From an uncultured Gammaproteobacteria bacterium (GTDB lineage: Bacteria > Pseudomonadota > Gammaproteobacteria > DRLM01), in contig CAVSNY010000006.1 in assembly GCA_963729605.1 (NCBI GenBank), positions 32,001 to 96,000 of the forward strand: a stretch of DNA of 64,000 nt, read 5' to 3'. A model generated the notes under the pieces. It saw nothing but the letters and a program-made list of their open reading frames with translations. It did no database searches and was not told where the DNA came from. Both the position numbers and the translations under genes were made by a program. Of this stretch, positions 37,720 through 46,712 are shown piece after piece (positions within the stretch are counted from its first letter, which is position 1; every line of letters begins with the position of its first letter).

Positions 37720-38982
37720 GTGGACGCGCCCGCCCCGCCCGCCGCCAGTTGCGCCGCCCCCGAAGCGAGACACATCCTCAGCGTCGATGAGGCGCAACGA
37801 CGGATCCTGAGCCTGCTGACGCCGATCACCGAACGGGAAACCGTCGGCCTCTACGACAGCCTCGGCCGCATCACCGCCCACACCGTGCGCGCCCCGCGCG
37901 GCGTGCCTCCCTTCGACAACTCGGCGATGGACGGCTACGCACTGCGCGGCGCCGACATCCCCGCCGAGGGCGAACGCGAATTGCGCATCGTTGGCACCGT
38001 CCTGGCGGGCAAACCCTACGCCCGCGCCCTCGGCGCCGGCGAATGCGTGCGCATCATGACCGGCGGCGTCCTGCCCGAAGGCGCCGACAGCGTGATCATG
38101 CAGGAAGAGGTTATTCGCATCGACGACATCGCCGTGATCCGCGCCGGCCATAAGCCCGGCGAACATGTGCGCCACGCCGGCGAAGACATCGCCCAGCACG
38201 ATCCGGTCATCGATGCCGGCAAACGCCTCGCCCCGGCCGATCTCGGCGTGCTCGCCTCGCTGGGCTTCACCCATTGCGAGGTATTGCGCCGTCCACGCGT
38301 CGCGTATTTCTCCACCGGCGACGAACTGCGCCCGCTGGGTGAGCCGCTGTCCACCGGTTGCCTCTACGACAGCAGCCGCTACACGCTCTACGGCCTGCTA
38401 CAGCAATTGGGCGTCGTTCCCGTCGATCTCGGCATCGTGCCCGATCAGCGCCAGGCCTTGCGCGACACCTTGCTGCGCGCCGCGGCCGAGGCCGATGTCG
38501 TCATTTCCACCGGCGGCGTCTCGGTGGGCGAGGCCGATTTCGTGCGCGACACCTTGGGCGCGGTGGGCGAAATCCACTTCTGGCGGGTCGGCATGAAACC
38601 GGGGCGGCCCTTCGCCTTCGGCCGCATCGAACAAACCTGGTTTTTCGGCCTGCCGGGCAATCCGGTCTCCACCATGGTGACCTTCCTGCAATTCGTGCAG
38701 CCGGCCTTGCGCCACCTGATGGGCGAACAGCGCACCCACGGTTACCGGCTGCGCGTACCCTGCATCACCGCGCTCAAAAAGGCGCCGGGCAGAATGGAAT
38801 TTCAGCGCGGCATCTTAACCAGCGACGCCGACGGCCAGGCCGTGGTGCGCAGCACCGGCGCGCAAGGTTCGGCGATATTGAGCTCGATGAGCAAGGCCAA
38901 CTGCTTCATCGTACTGCCCGCGGAATGCGGCGACCTCCCCGCCGGCGCCGTGGTGGAAGTGCAAGTCTTCACATTGTTATAG
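37720..38982 (+). CDS. moeA: Molybdopterin molybdotransferase MoeA
   Basis: PPFDNSAMDGYA, RIMTG, STGDEL, TGGVSVG, KPGRP, LPGNPVS; GTG start just after the VKOR stop. Confidence 0.95.
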   Translation: MDAPAPPAASCAAPEARHILSVDEAQRRILSLLTPITERETVGLYDSLGRITAHTVRAPRGVPPFDNSAMDGYALRGADIPAEGERELRIVGTVLAGKPYARALGAGECVRIMTGGVLPEGADSVIMQEEVIRIDDIAVIRAGHKPGEHVRHAGEDIAQHDPVIDAGKRLAPADLGVLASLGFTHCEVLRRPRVAYFSTGDELRPLGEPLSTGCLYDSSRYTLYGLLQQLGVVPVDLGIVPDQRQALRDTLLRAAAEADVVISTGGVSVGEADFVRDTLGAVGEIHFWRVGMKPGRPFAFGRIEQTWFFGLPGNPVSTMVTFLQFVQPALRHLMGEQRTHGYRLRVPCITALKKAPGRMEFQRGILTSDADGQAVVRSTGAQGSAILSSMSKANCFIVLPAECGDLPAGAVVEVQVFTLL

Positions 38983-39169
38983 CGCGCGATTCATTACCCG
39001 GCGGCGAACCGGCACGACCCCGGTTGCAACTCACGCTTATCCTTCCGCCATCCCCTTTCCGCCGGTCAAAGTTGCAAGCCAATGTAAAAATTACTTGGCT
39101 CGGCATGCCAACAATACCGCGGCGAAAAAAATCAGACCGTATTTTCATCGTCCTGCGATGAGCGAGTCA

Positions 39170-39185
39170 TGGAATGGATATTGCT
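39170..39185 (+). promoter_or_regulatory. Putative sigma54 -24/-12 promoter
   Basis: TGGAAT-GGATA-TTGCT (GG-N10-GC) about 80 bp upstream of the cytochrome start. Confidence 0.45.
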
Positions 39186-39266
39186 GATGCCTAACGCGTC
39201 GTTGCCTAGATTTACCAATGGATTTTAGCTTCCCCGAATGAGGGACTCGTTACAAGGAGTGTACTT

Positions 39267-40653
39267 ATGCTGACGCCACTGCGCCGCGCGACCGCGTTCA
39301 CCCTCCTGCTCTGCTGCTCGTTAACCGCCCGCGCCGGTGATGATAGCCAGACCTATCTACCGGTGATCTCCGATAAACCCTTCAAGGACGTGATGGCCGA
39401 AGACAAGGCCGCCAAGTCCAAGATCATGAAGACCCAGAGCGGTCTGCTGGAAAAGCGTTACGATCTACGCGACCGGCCGCTGGGGCAGGCGAAAATGTCC
39501 GGCGGACGCAAGGCCGTGCAGGACGGCGTCCGCGTAAAATTATCGGATGGCATGACTTGGGATCGCCTGACCCAGATGACACCCCAGGAAATCCGCGATC
39601 AAGGCGTTTTTCCCGCAGGCTTTCTGCCGCTGCCCCACGTCAAACATGCGGCAGGCGGCATGGTGTTTCCAAAAAACGAGATCAAAGCGATCAAGGACCT
39701 CGAAGGGCGCTCCTTGGAACGCTTCGATGTCGAATTCGATCTACCGGAACAGTTCACTCCGGAATTTCCGCCACCGATTTTTCTGACCACGCGCCCTGAA
39801 TTGGGCGACGTCTCGCAAGGCAAACTGCTTTCGATCGACAATTATTTCGATTTGATGCTGGGGATTCTTGACCCCGGTTCAGATAGAGGGCTTGCGGCTG
39901 TTGCTGACCCCGTTTCCTCAACAACAATTCAATCAGACCGGCGACCGAAAAGTCGAAAGACCGAGCCTGGGCGTCGCCTGTCTGGATTGCCATGCCAATG
40001 GCCACACCAATGCCGCCTTTCATCTCAACCCGGACAACCGGCCGCAAGAGGCCCGCTTTCGCATCGAGACACCCAGTTTGCGCGGCATGTTCAATCAGCA
40101 GATCCACGGCTCCAAACGCTCAATACGCTCAGTGGAGGACTTCACCGAGTTTGAACAGCGCACGGCGTATTTCGACGGCGATCAAGTGACCGCGCAGAAA
40201 AAGGGCGTGCACCTGCCCAACCGGGCCGACCAAGTCGCGCTGATGGCGCAGATGCAAAATATCCTCGACTTCCCGCCCGCGCCCAAGCTGGATGTGTTCG
40301 GCAAACTGGATATGGCCAAGGCCGATGCCCGGGAACTCAAGGGCCAGGAACTCTTCTTCGGCAAAGCGCGCTGCGCGGAGTGCCACACGCCGCCCGCTTA
40401 CCTCGACAACAAAATGCATGACCTCAAGGTGGAGCGTTTTTACAAGGAACAAACCATCAATGGCCAGCGTCTCCATGCCGAGGGACCGATCAAGACCTTC
40501 ACTTTACGCGGAATAAAAGATTCGCCGCCCTATCTGCACGACGGCCGCTTGCTCACGTTGGCGGATACGGTGGAATTTTTCAACCTGGTGCTGGGTCTCG
40601 GCCTGACCGCCGAAGAGAAAGAGTCGCTGGTGGCGTTCATGCTGACCTTGTAA
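39267..40653 (+). pseudogene. Di-heme cytochrome c peroxidase-like protein split by a +1 frameshift
   Basis: Signal peptide in ORF 39267; CLDCH, CAECH and PYLHDGR in the shifted frame; removing one T at about 39868 gives a continuous ..LGILTPVQIEGL.. Confidence 0.8.
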
Positions 40654-40693
40654 AAAATCCTCTTGAGCCTATCCGCCCCGGCCTGTACGTACA

Positions 40694-40735
40694 CCGAGGC
40701 AGTGGCCGTCCCGCGTGGAGGGTCCACTACCTCGG
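40694..40735. terminator. Hairpin between convergent genes
   Basis: CCGAGGCAGTGG...CCACTACCTCGG, 12-bp arms with one G-U pair on the minus strand. Confidence 0.4.
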
Positions 40736-40781
40736 CCACGTATCACAACGCCGATTCGAGCGGATAGGTGCGACCTGACCG

Positions 40782-42359
40782 CTAGGTCTCCGCATCCAAC
40801 GCCTGCAACAGCTTTTCCAATTCCGGCAAACGCACGGGCTTGACCAGATGTCCATCACACCCGGCGTGCCGCGATGCGAGTCGGTCACTTTCCTGGCCCC
40901 AGCCGGTCAAGGCGATGATCATCATGGACTTCCCCCAGGACTGGGCACGGATGCGCCGGGTCGCTTCACGGCCGTCGAGCCGCGGCATGCCGATGTCCAT
41001 CAAAATCAAATTGGGCTGGAATTGCTCGGCCTTTTCGACGGCCTCGAGGCCGTCGAAAGCAGTACGGACATCATGGCCCATCATTTCCAGCAACATCGCC
41101 ATCGACTGCGCCGAATCTTGATTGTCATCCACCACCAGGATGCGCTTTTGGCGGCTCGCCGTTTGATTTTTAACGGTGGCGGATTCGGCGGTAGGCGTCT
41201 CTCCCCGCTCGCCGTCCAGCACCGGCAGCCTGACCGTGAAAGTGCTGCCTTTACCTATTCCTTCGCTCGTCACCTCGATGATACCCCCATGCATCTCGAC
41301 CAAGGTCTTGGCCAGCGCGAGTCCGATGCCCAATCCCTGCACCAAACCTTCGGCCTGGGAAAACATCTGGAAGATATAAGGAAAGGCCTGCGGATCGATG
41401 CCGATGCCGGTATCACGTACCGAGACTTCCACCTCGGCGCCGCATAAGCGGGTGGTGAGCCAGATGGTGCCGCCGGGCTCGGTGTATTTGACGCTATTGG
41501 TGAGAAGATTAGAAAAAATCTGGGCGAGGCGCATTAAATCGCCGTCGATAAACACCGGCGTTTCCGGCAAGCTTACGGTGAGCTCGTGCCCTCGCGCCGC
41601 GCTGATCGGCCGCACGGTCTCCAAGGCGGAGGCTATCACCTCATTCAGCGAGACCCGCGAGCGCTGCAAAGCCAATTTGTTCTGACGGATGCGCGCGGCA
41701 TCGAGCAAATCGTCGATGAGCCTCACCAGATGGGAAAACTGGCGATCCATCATCGCCTGCAGTTGTTGGAGCGTCTCCGGATCGTTATCGGCGGACCGCA
41801 ACAATTCCAGACCGTTGCGCAAGGGCGCGAGGGGATTGCGCAACTCGTGGGCGAGCAGCGCGAGAAATTCATCTTTACGGCGATCCGAATCCCGCAACTC
41901 CAATTCGACGCGTTTGGAATCGGTGACATCGCGGGTGGTCCCGGCGATGGCTTCCACCCGCCCATCCTCGGCGAACACCGGCACGAAAATATAATCGTAA
42001 AGACGCCGGCCGTGGGTGCCCGTAAAAGGAACAACGCCGCGTATCGGCCGCCGCGTTATGATGACCTGCTCGATTTCCCGATCATGCATCGCCGCATGCT
42101 CCGGGGGATAACCGAGCTCAAGGCAATTCTTGCCGATCGCTTCGCTCCAGGGCCGCCCCCACATCGCGAGCAGCGCCTCATTGGCATAGGTGAAACGATG
42201 ATTCAAATCGAATACGTAGATGAGGTCCGGCGTATTCGACAATATCGTCTCATACAAGCGAAGACGTTGCTCCGAATCAAGCGGGGTTTGCGCGAACGGA
42301 TAAGCCGGCCCACGCTTGCCCGCCTCCGGTGAGGACTCTTCGACAATCCTTTCGCCCAT
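40782..42359 (-). CDS. Cytoplasmic PAS hybrid histidine kinase (PAS-HisKA-HATPase-REC)
   Basis: PAS ending RDVT, KDEFLALLAHELRNPL, NLLTN, DTGIG, GLGIGL, LVVDDN REC; AGGAG RBS. Confidence 0.92.
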   Translation of the reverse strand: MGERIVEESSPEAGKRGPAYPFAQTPLDSEQRLRLYETILSNTPDLIYVFDLNHRFTYANEALLAMWGRPWSEAIGKNCLELGYPPEHAAMHDREIEQVIITRRPIRGVVPFTGTHGRRLYDYIFVPVFAEDGRVEAIAGTTRDVTDSKRVELELRDSDRRKDEFLALLAHELRNPLAPLRNGLELLRSADNDPETLQQLQAMMDRQFSHLVRLIDDLLDAARIRQNKLALQRSRVSLNEVIASALETVRPISAARGHELTVSLPETPVFIDGDLMRLAQIFSNLLTNSVKYTEPGGTIWLTTRLCGAEVEVSVRDTGIGIDPQAFPYIFQMFSQAEGLVQGLGIGLALAKTLVEMHGGIIEVTSEGIGKGSTFTVRLPVLDGERGETPTAESATVKNQTASRQKRILVVDDNQDSAQSMAMLLEMMGHDVRTAFDGLEAVEKAEQFQPNLILMDIGMPRLDGREATRRIRAQSWGKSMMIIALTGWGQESDRLASRHAGCDGHLVKPVRLPELEKLLQALDAET

Positions 42360-42768
42360 GATCTCTCCTTTACTCACGACTGGCATAACATAGTTATTGA
42401 GAAGCAGTCATCGCCAAGCTATGACTCGAATTCGAGATCTAACTTTCCCTTCCAACCTCCCTAGTTTGGGGTGGCCGCGGCTCATTAGTGTAGCTGAGTG
42501 ATTTTCACAAGGCGAGTAACCGGATTGTTTGGCGACGGCCGGCAAAATCCCGTGATTCAGACATCGCAATAACCGTCAATCCGCCAGCCACGCGCACGAC
42601 GGAAGGGGATCATTCAAAATAGTTTGACAGCAAGAGCGGCTACTGAAAACTGTATTATATATATAGCAATTCCGCTGCGCGGAACCGAATCCGCCGTCCC
42701 GCTGTAGTGATTGACAGCCCATGCAATAGCGATGAGCATATCCGTACGCCAAACTCACCGCCTCATAC

Positions 42769-43308
42769 ATGCGCATATACAAGCTCATCGGTTTCATCGT
42801 GTTGTTGAGCACGTCGTCGCTCGCGAGTCATGCCTCGTCGGTGGCCGGCGCTTACGCGGCCATGGGTATCACACCGACCGAGACTCCGCGGCCGGCGCCC
42901 AGTTTCGTTTTGACCGATCTCAATGGCATTGAAACACGCTTGGCTGATTTGAAAGGCAAACTGATCTTGCTCAACTTCTGGGCGACTTGGTGCGAGCCCT
43001 GCCGCAAAGAAATGCCGGATCTGGAAAGGCTGTGGCAAACATACCGGCATAAAGGATTGGTGGTGTTGGCGGTATCCGAGGACGGCGGCGATACCCGATC
43101 GGTGACCCGTTTCGTCGCCAAGCACCGGCTGAGTTATACCGTGTCAGTGGATCGTGACGGCGAGCTGGCGACCCGCTACCAGGTATCCGGTTTGCCGGCG
43201 ACCTACTTGATCGACCGGCAGGGCAACATCGTCGCCAGCGTACTGGGCAGCAAGGATTGGGCCGGCGCCGAGGCCGGCGCGCTGATCGAACATCTCCTGG
43301 AGAAATGA
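42769..43308 (+). CDS. TlpA-family disulfide reductase
   Basis: Signal peptide, APSFVL, LNFWATWCEPCRKEMP, LPATYLID..G. Confidence 0.92.
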   Translation: MRIYKLIGFIVLLSTSSLASHASSVAGAYAAMGITPTETPRPAPSFVLTDLNGIETRLADLKGKLILLNFWATWCEPCRKEMPDLERLWQTYRHKGLVVLAVSEDGGDTRSVTRFVAKHRLSYTVSVDRDGELATRYQVSGLPATYLIDRQGNIVASVLGSKDWAGAEAGALIEHLLEK

Positions 43309-43410
43309 CCATAGGCGGTCGCGAGGCATAGCGCCGCATTGCCGCATCTGTCGGACCGCGCGGGAATCACGCCCTTGAAACAGGGCTCGAATAAACGCTC
43401 TATCGATACC

Positions 43411-44349
43411 TTACTGCGCTATGTTCGCCGGCAGTTCGCCCAAACCCTGGGAATGGATATGGAGCGACGCGGCGATATTGTCCAACACCTTCTGACGTTC
43501 AGCGATATCGCTGGTGAGTAACGTGACATTTACGTCCTGCATCCAGTCGCCGTAGGCGATGCCGACGGCGATGTATACCTCGCGCAGATCGGCATTGACG
43601 TCCAAAGGCCGATCGAAATCCAGCGTCCGCGCCGCCGGTTCGTTTAAGGCGTTATCATCGACATCGACTTTGACGCGGCGGGTACATTCGCCAACGCCAT
43701 CAACCTCGGCGCAATAATCGGCCTTGATCGAAAAGATTTTACCGGCGAGATCCGGCACTTCGGGCGAAGTGATAGGGTCATCGTTCGAAGCGGCGGCGAA
43801 GGCCGGCTTACCGTAGGCATCGCCCGCCAAGCGCACCAGCGATACCCGTAATCCACAGTAGCGGCCCGGCGCCACGGCGAGGTCGCCCAGCGGCAGGATG
43901 AATCCGTCCTGGGTGACGATGTCGATCACATTCGGTTTGTCCAAGGAGCGCCCACCCACCGGTTCGGCGCCGTGTCCGGCGTGCGCCTCCGCCGTGCCGA
44001 TCAACGTGTCGACCATGCGACGCGGCAATTGCACCAGGCTCGTACACGGCACCAATTCCAACCGGTCAAGCACCAGGTAGGCACGATACAGCGAAAGGAA
44101 CCGGCCGTTTTCATCGCGTATATCGTGGTGTTCAAGCTGGGTCTGATCATAGCCGCCCTGTACCGCCGCGCTGTTTTGCACGCCGGTCGAATCGAGCGGT
44201 ACGCCGCCCGGTTCGGTTTCGCCATGTACCTCGGCGAGATGGAGGACCAAACCGGATTGCATGCCCTCTTCATCACCGCCCGGACAGCCGGCCAGTGCGA
44301 GCACGGTGATGAACATCACGAGATAGCCGCTACGGCGATTAAAAGTCAT
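43411..44349 (-). CDS. Hypothetical lipoprotein with His motif
   Basis: Lipobox VLALAG-C, internal AEAHAGHG, four further Cys; start overlaps the upstream gene stop. Confidence 0.7.
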   Translation of the reverse strand: MTFNRRSGYLVMFITVLALAGCPGGDEEGMQSGLVLHLAEVHGETEPGGVPLDSTGVQNSAAVQGGYDQTQLEHHDIRDENGRFLSLYRAYLVLDRLELVPCTSLVQLPRRMVDTLIGTAEAHAGHGAEPVGGRSLDKPNVIDIVTQDGFILPLGDLAVAPGRYCGLRVSLVRLAGDAYGKPAFAAASNDDPITSPEVPDLAGKIFSIKADYCAEVDGVGECTRRVKVDVDDNALNEPAARTLDFDRPLDVNADLREVYIAVGIAYGDWMQDVNVTLLTSDIAERQKVLDNIAASLHIHSQGLGELPANIAQ

Positions 44350-45232
44350 AAGCCACCCCAACCCGTAAAATAGACTCTTCTTCCTGCCGGCCATGGAGAT
44401 TTTCGATGGCGGGAATCTGATAACTCGCGTTGAAAACCAAATCCTCGACCGGTGTCCAGGCGATGCCCGGGCTCGCCATGACCAGCACGCCGCCGGAATC
44501 GGCATCAGTCACACCGTCATATTGGTCCTGCTCTTTCCAACGGCCGTCCAGGCTGAATTGCAAAGCGAAGCGCTGATGCAGTGCATATTGGGTATGGCCG
44601 GTGAGCAAGATTACGTCGCCGGCCCGATAACCTTGATAACCGTCGCTCACCGCGTGTTGGACGACCGCGCTCGTGTAAAAAAACCACGGCATCCGATAAT
44701 GGCCATACCAGGCGCCGACACTCGGGATGGTCGCACCCGCGCCCGGTTGCGCGTCGAAATCTATCGGTTCACCATGGCTCCGCTGCTCGGAAGAAGTCGG
44801 CAAACGCACGCCGAACTGCATGCCCCAGAGATTCCGCACCGGAAATCCCCCGCCCCCGCCGATGAACCAGCGCGCGGACAGATCGAGATCGCCGACGCCG
44901 CTCGCCTGCTCGCGCGAGAGATCGTAGCGCCGCACCTCCTTGGTGACCAGCGGCAGGCTGGCGGCGATCATCCAGGTTTTGCTCGGCGCATAGCTGAAAC
45001 TGTAGGTGAGACGCCGCTCGTCGATGACGTGCTCGCTGACCGCGGGCTCACCGACTTTTTCACTGCGTTCGAGATACTCCACGCTCGCGCGCATACGGCC
45101 GGCGAAGGGTTTTTCAGTACCCATGGTGGTGATGGTTGGATCGCCGCAAAGGCAGGTTGCACAAGCAAGAACCGCTTGCGTCTGCAACAAGGCGCTCGCG
45201 GCTAAGCCGATAACGATAAAACGACGCGGCAT
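44339..45232 (-). CDS. Outer-membrane beta-barrel transporter (MetA-pathway/SphA-like) with N-terminal CxxCxC
   Basis: Signal peptide then ACATCLCG; SGVGDLDL, LPT, QPGAGA, alternating beta strands, C-terminal YDF. Confidence 0.75.
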   Translation of the reverse strand: MPRRFIVIGLAASALLQTQAVLACATCLCGDPTITTMGTEKPFAGRMRASVEYLERSEKVGEPAVSEHVIDERRLTYSFSYAPSKTWMIAASLPLVTKEVRRYDLSREQASGVGDLDLSARWFIGGGGGFPVRNLWGMQFGVRLPTSSEQRSHGEPIDFDAQPGAGATIPSVGAWYGHYRMPWFFYTSAVVQHAVSDGYQGYRAGDVILLTGHTQYALHQRFALQFSLDGRWKEQDQYDGVTDADSGGVLVMASPGIAWTPVEDLVFNASYQIPAIENLHGRQEEESILRVGVAYDF

Positions 45233-45361
45233 AACATTCGCCTGATTTTTATTGATGACCCCGATTAAGCGTGACCCGCGGCCTCGTTTATCTCCACCGA
45301 GATACGTCGTGCCACCCCATCGGATGATGGCGCGCATTATCGTCGCGCCCGCCGCTCTTGA

Positions 45362-45454
45362 GAATGCGACATGTTGTCGCAGCGCGAGCTGAATATCATT
45401 ATTCTCGGCGATTTTCCGCCGATTGATGTCGGGTTGCGACAACATGTCGCATTC
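45362..45454. promoter_or_regulatory. Two mirror-image TGCGAC-N5-GTCGCA boxes (RegA/PrrA-like)
   Basis: GAATGCGACATGTTGTCGCA (45362-45381) and its exact reverse complement (45435-45454) between divergent genes. Confidence 0.7.
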
Positions 45455-45517
45455 CCAGCGTGACTGCGCTTGAATACGCTGCTGGGCTCCATAACTAACC
45501 TAGAAGGGGTAAACCAG

Positions 45518-46177
45518 ATGAAATTTCCGATCGCGTTCATTCCTGCGGTGGCGCTACTGTTGGCAGGCACGCAGTCTGCCGAGGCCCACGTAACTTTCGT
45601 CGCGAACAATGCTTATGCCGGCAAGAGTTATATCGCCACCGCCAATATTCCCCACGGTTGCACCGATCTCAACGGTACCGCATATGATACCGTCAAGATC
45701 GAAATCAACATCCCCGCGGGTTTTACCGGCACGCGGCCACAAGATTCGACGTTCGGCCCCGCCGTTATCGAGAAAGACGCCAACGGCAACGTCAGCAAAT
45801 TGATATGGACCAAAACGGCGGCGGCCCTAGCGGAAGACAGCCATTTTTATCAGGTCAGCTTCAGAGGCACTTTGCCGAACACGCCGCTGCAATCGCTGGA
45901 TTTCGTCACCACCCAGACCTGCGGCGGCAACACCACCAAAATCTGGGAAGGCGCCGACGTACCCAAACTCCGCATTCTGCCCGCACGCGCCGCGGGTTGG
46001 AATAAATACACCGCCCAGACCACGATCGACGAGGCCACCATCAAAGCGTTCTTCGCCGATGCCCACATCGTCTGGTCCAACGGCGCCTCTTACAGCGCCA
46101 ACGCCGTGACCGCGGGCCTGATCACCAATAAATTGACCACGATCCCGCTCGGCGCGGAATTCTGGGTCAAATATTGA
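45518..46177 (+). CDS. DUF1775/YcnI-like periplasmic copper-binding protein with C-terminal extension
   Basis: Signal peptide ending AEA, mature N-terminus HVT, IPHGC, LIW, F.T.QTC....W. Confidence 0.78.
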   Translation: MKFPIAFIPAVALLLAGTQSAEAHVTFVANNAYAGKSYIATANIPHGCTDLNGTAYDTVKIEINIPAGFTGTRPQDSTFGPAVIEKDANGNVSKLIWTKTAAALAEDSHFYQVSFRGTLPNTPLQSLDFVTTQTCGGNTTKIWEGADVPKLRILPARAAGWNKYTAQTTIDEATIKAFFADAHIVWSNGASYSANAVTAGLITNKLTTIPLGAEFWVKY

Positions 46178-46193
46178 TCGTAAGGAGACAGTC

Positions 46194-46427
46194 ATGACTC
46201 GAATCCTTTTGAGCGCCTTGTTTGGCGTGGTGCTGACGGCGTGTAATAGTTCGCAGGATGCAGCGTCCGGCGACAACAATGTCCCGAGCGGGACCGGCAA
46301 CAACGGCAATCCAACCACGTCCGACCCCACCGGTTTCAATCCAACCGCCTTCGATCCCACCGCCATGATTTTGGACACACCTCCCACCGACGGCAAGTTA
46401 CCCGCCGAACTGGCGCCTCCTGTCTGA
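46194..46427 (+). CDS. Small lipoprotein
   Basis: AAGGAG RBS, lipobox VLTA-C, low-complexity linker with (D/N)PT repeats. Confidence 0.7.
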   Translation: MTRILLSALFGVVLTACNSSQDAASGDNNVPSGTGNNGNPTTSDPTGFNPTAFDPTAMILDTPPTDGKLPAELAPPV

Positions 46428-46435
46428 CCGGCGCA

Positions 46436-46464
46436 GGTGGACTCAAGATGGACTTGAGTCCACC
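46436..46464. terminator. Perfect 12-bp hairpin (terminator or REP-like)
   Basis: GGTGGACTCAAG-ATGGA-CTTGAGTCCACC right after the lipoprotein stop. Confidence 0.6.
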
Positions 46465-46712
46465 CCTTCCACCGCGGCTTCATATTGCTCGCGCCCGCAA
46501 ACCTAACCTCAAGGAAATCGCGTATCCGGACTTCACAGCCGTATACACTTTAGCAATACCGATATCGCAACGGCTTTTTAAGCAGACCGTTTTGCCGGAC
46601 TTTACCGGACTGGCGTCACCGATGTACTTCAAGCGGCGTTACGTAGTATCTTCCGATCATTCGTCCGTTGCCTCTTGACTCGTGAACCGGTTAATTTTTT
46701 TCGCTGAACAGT

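Noticed and set aside
39860-39875. Programmed ribosomal frameshift in the cytochrome gene
   Set aside because: No slippery heptamer or long homopolymer; a simple one-base insertion explains it.
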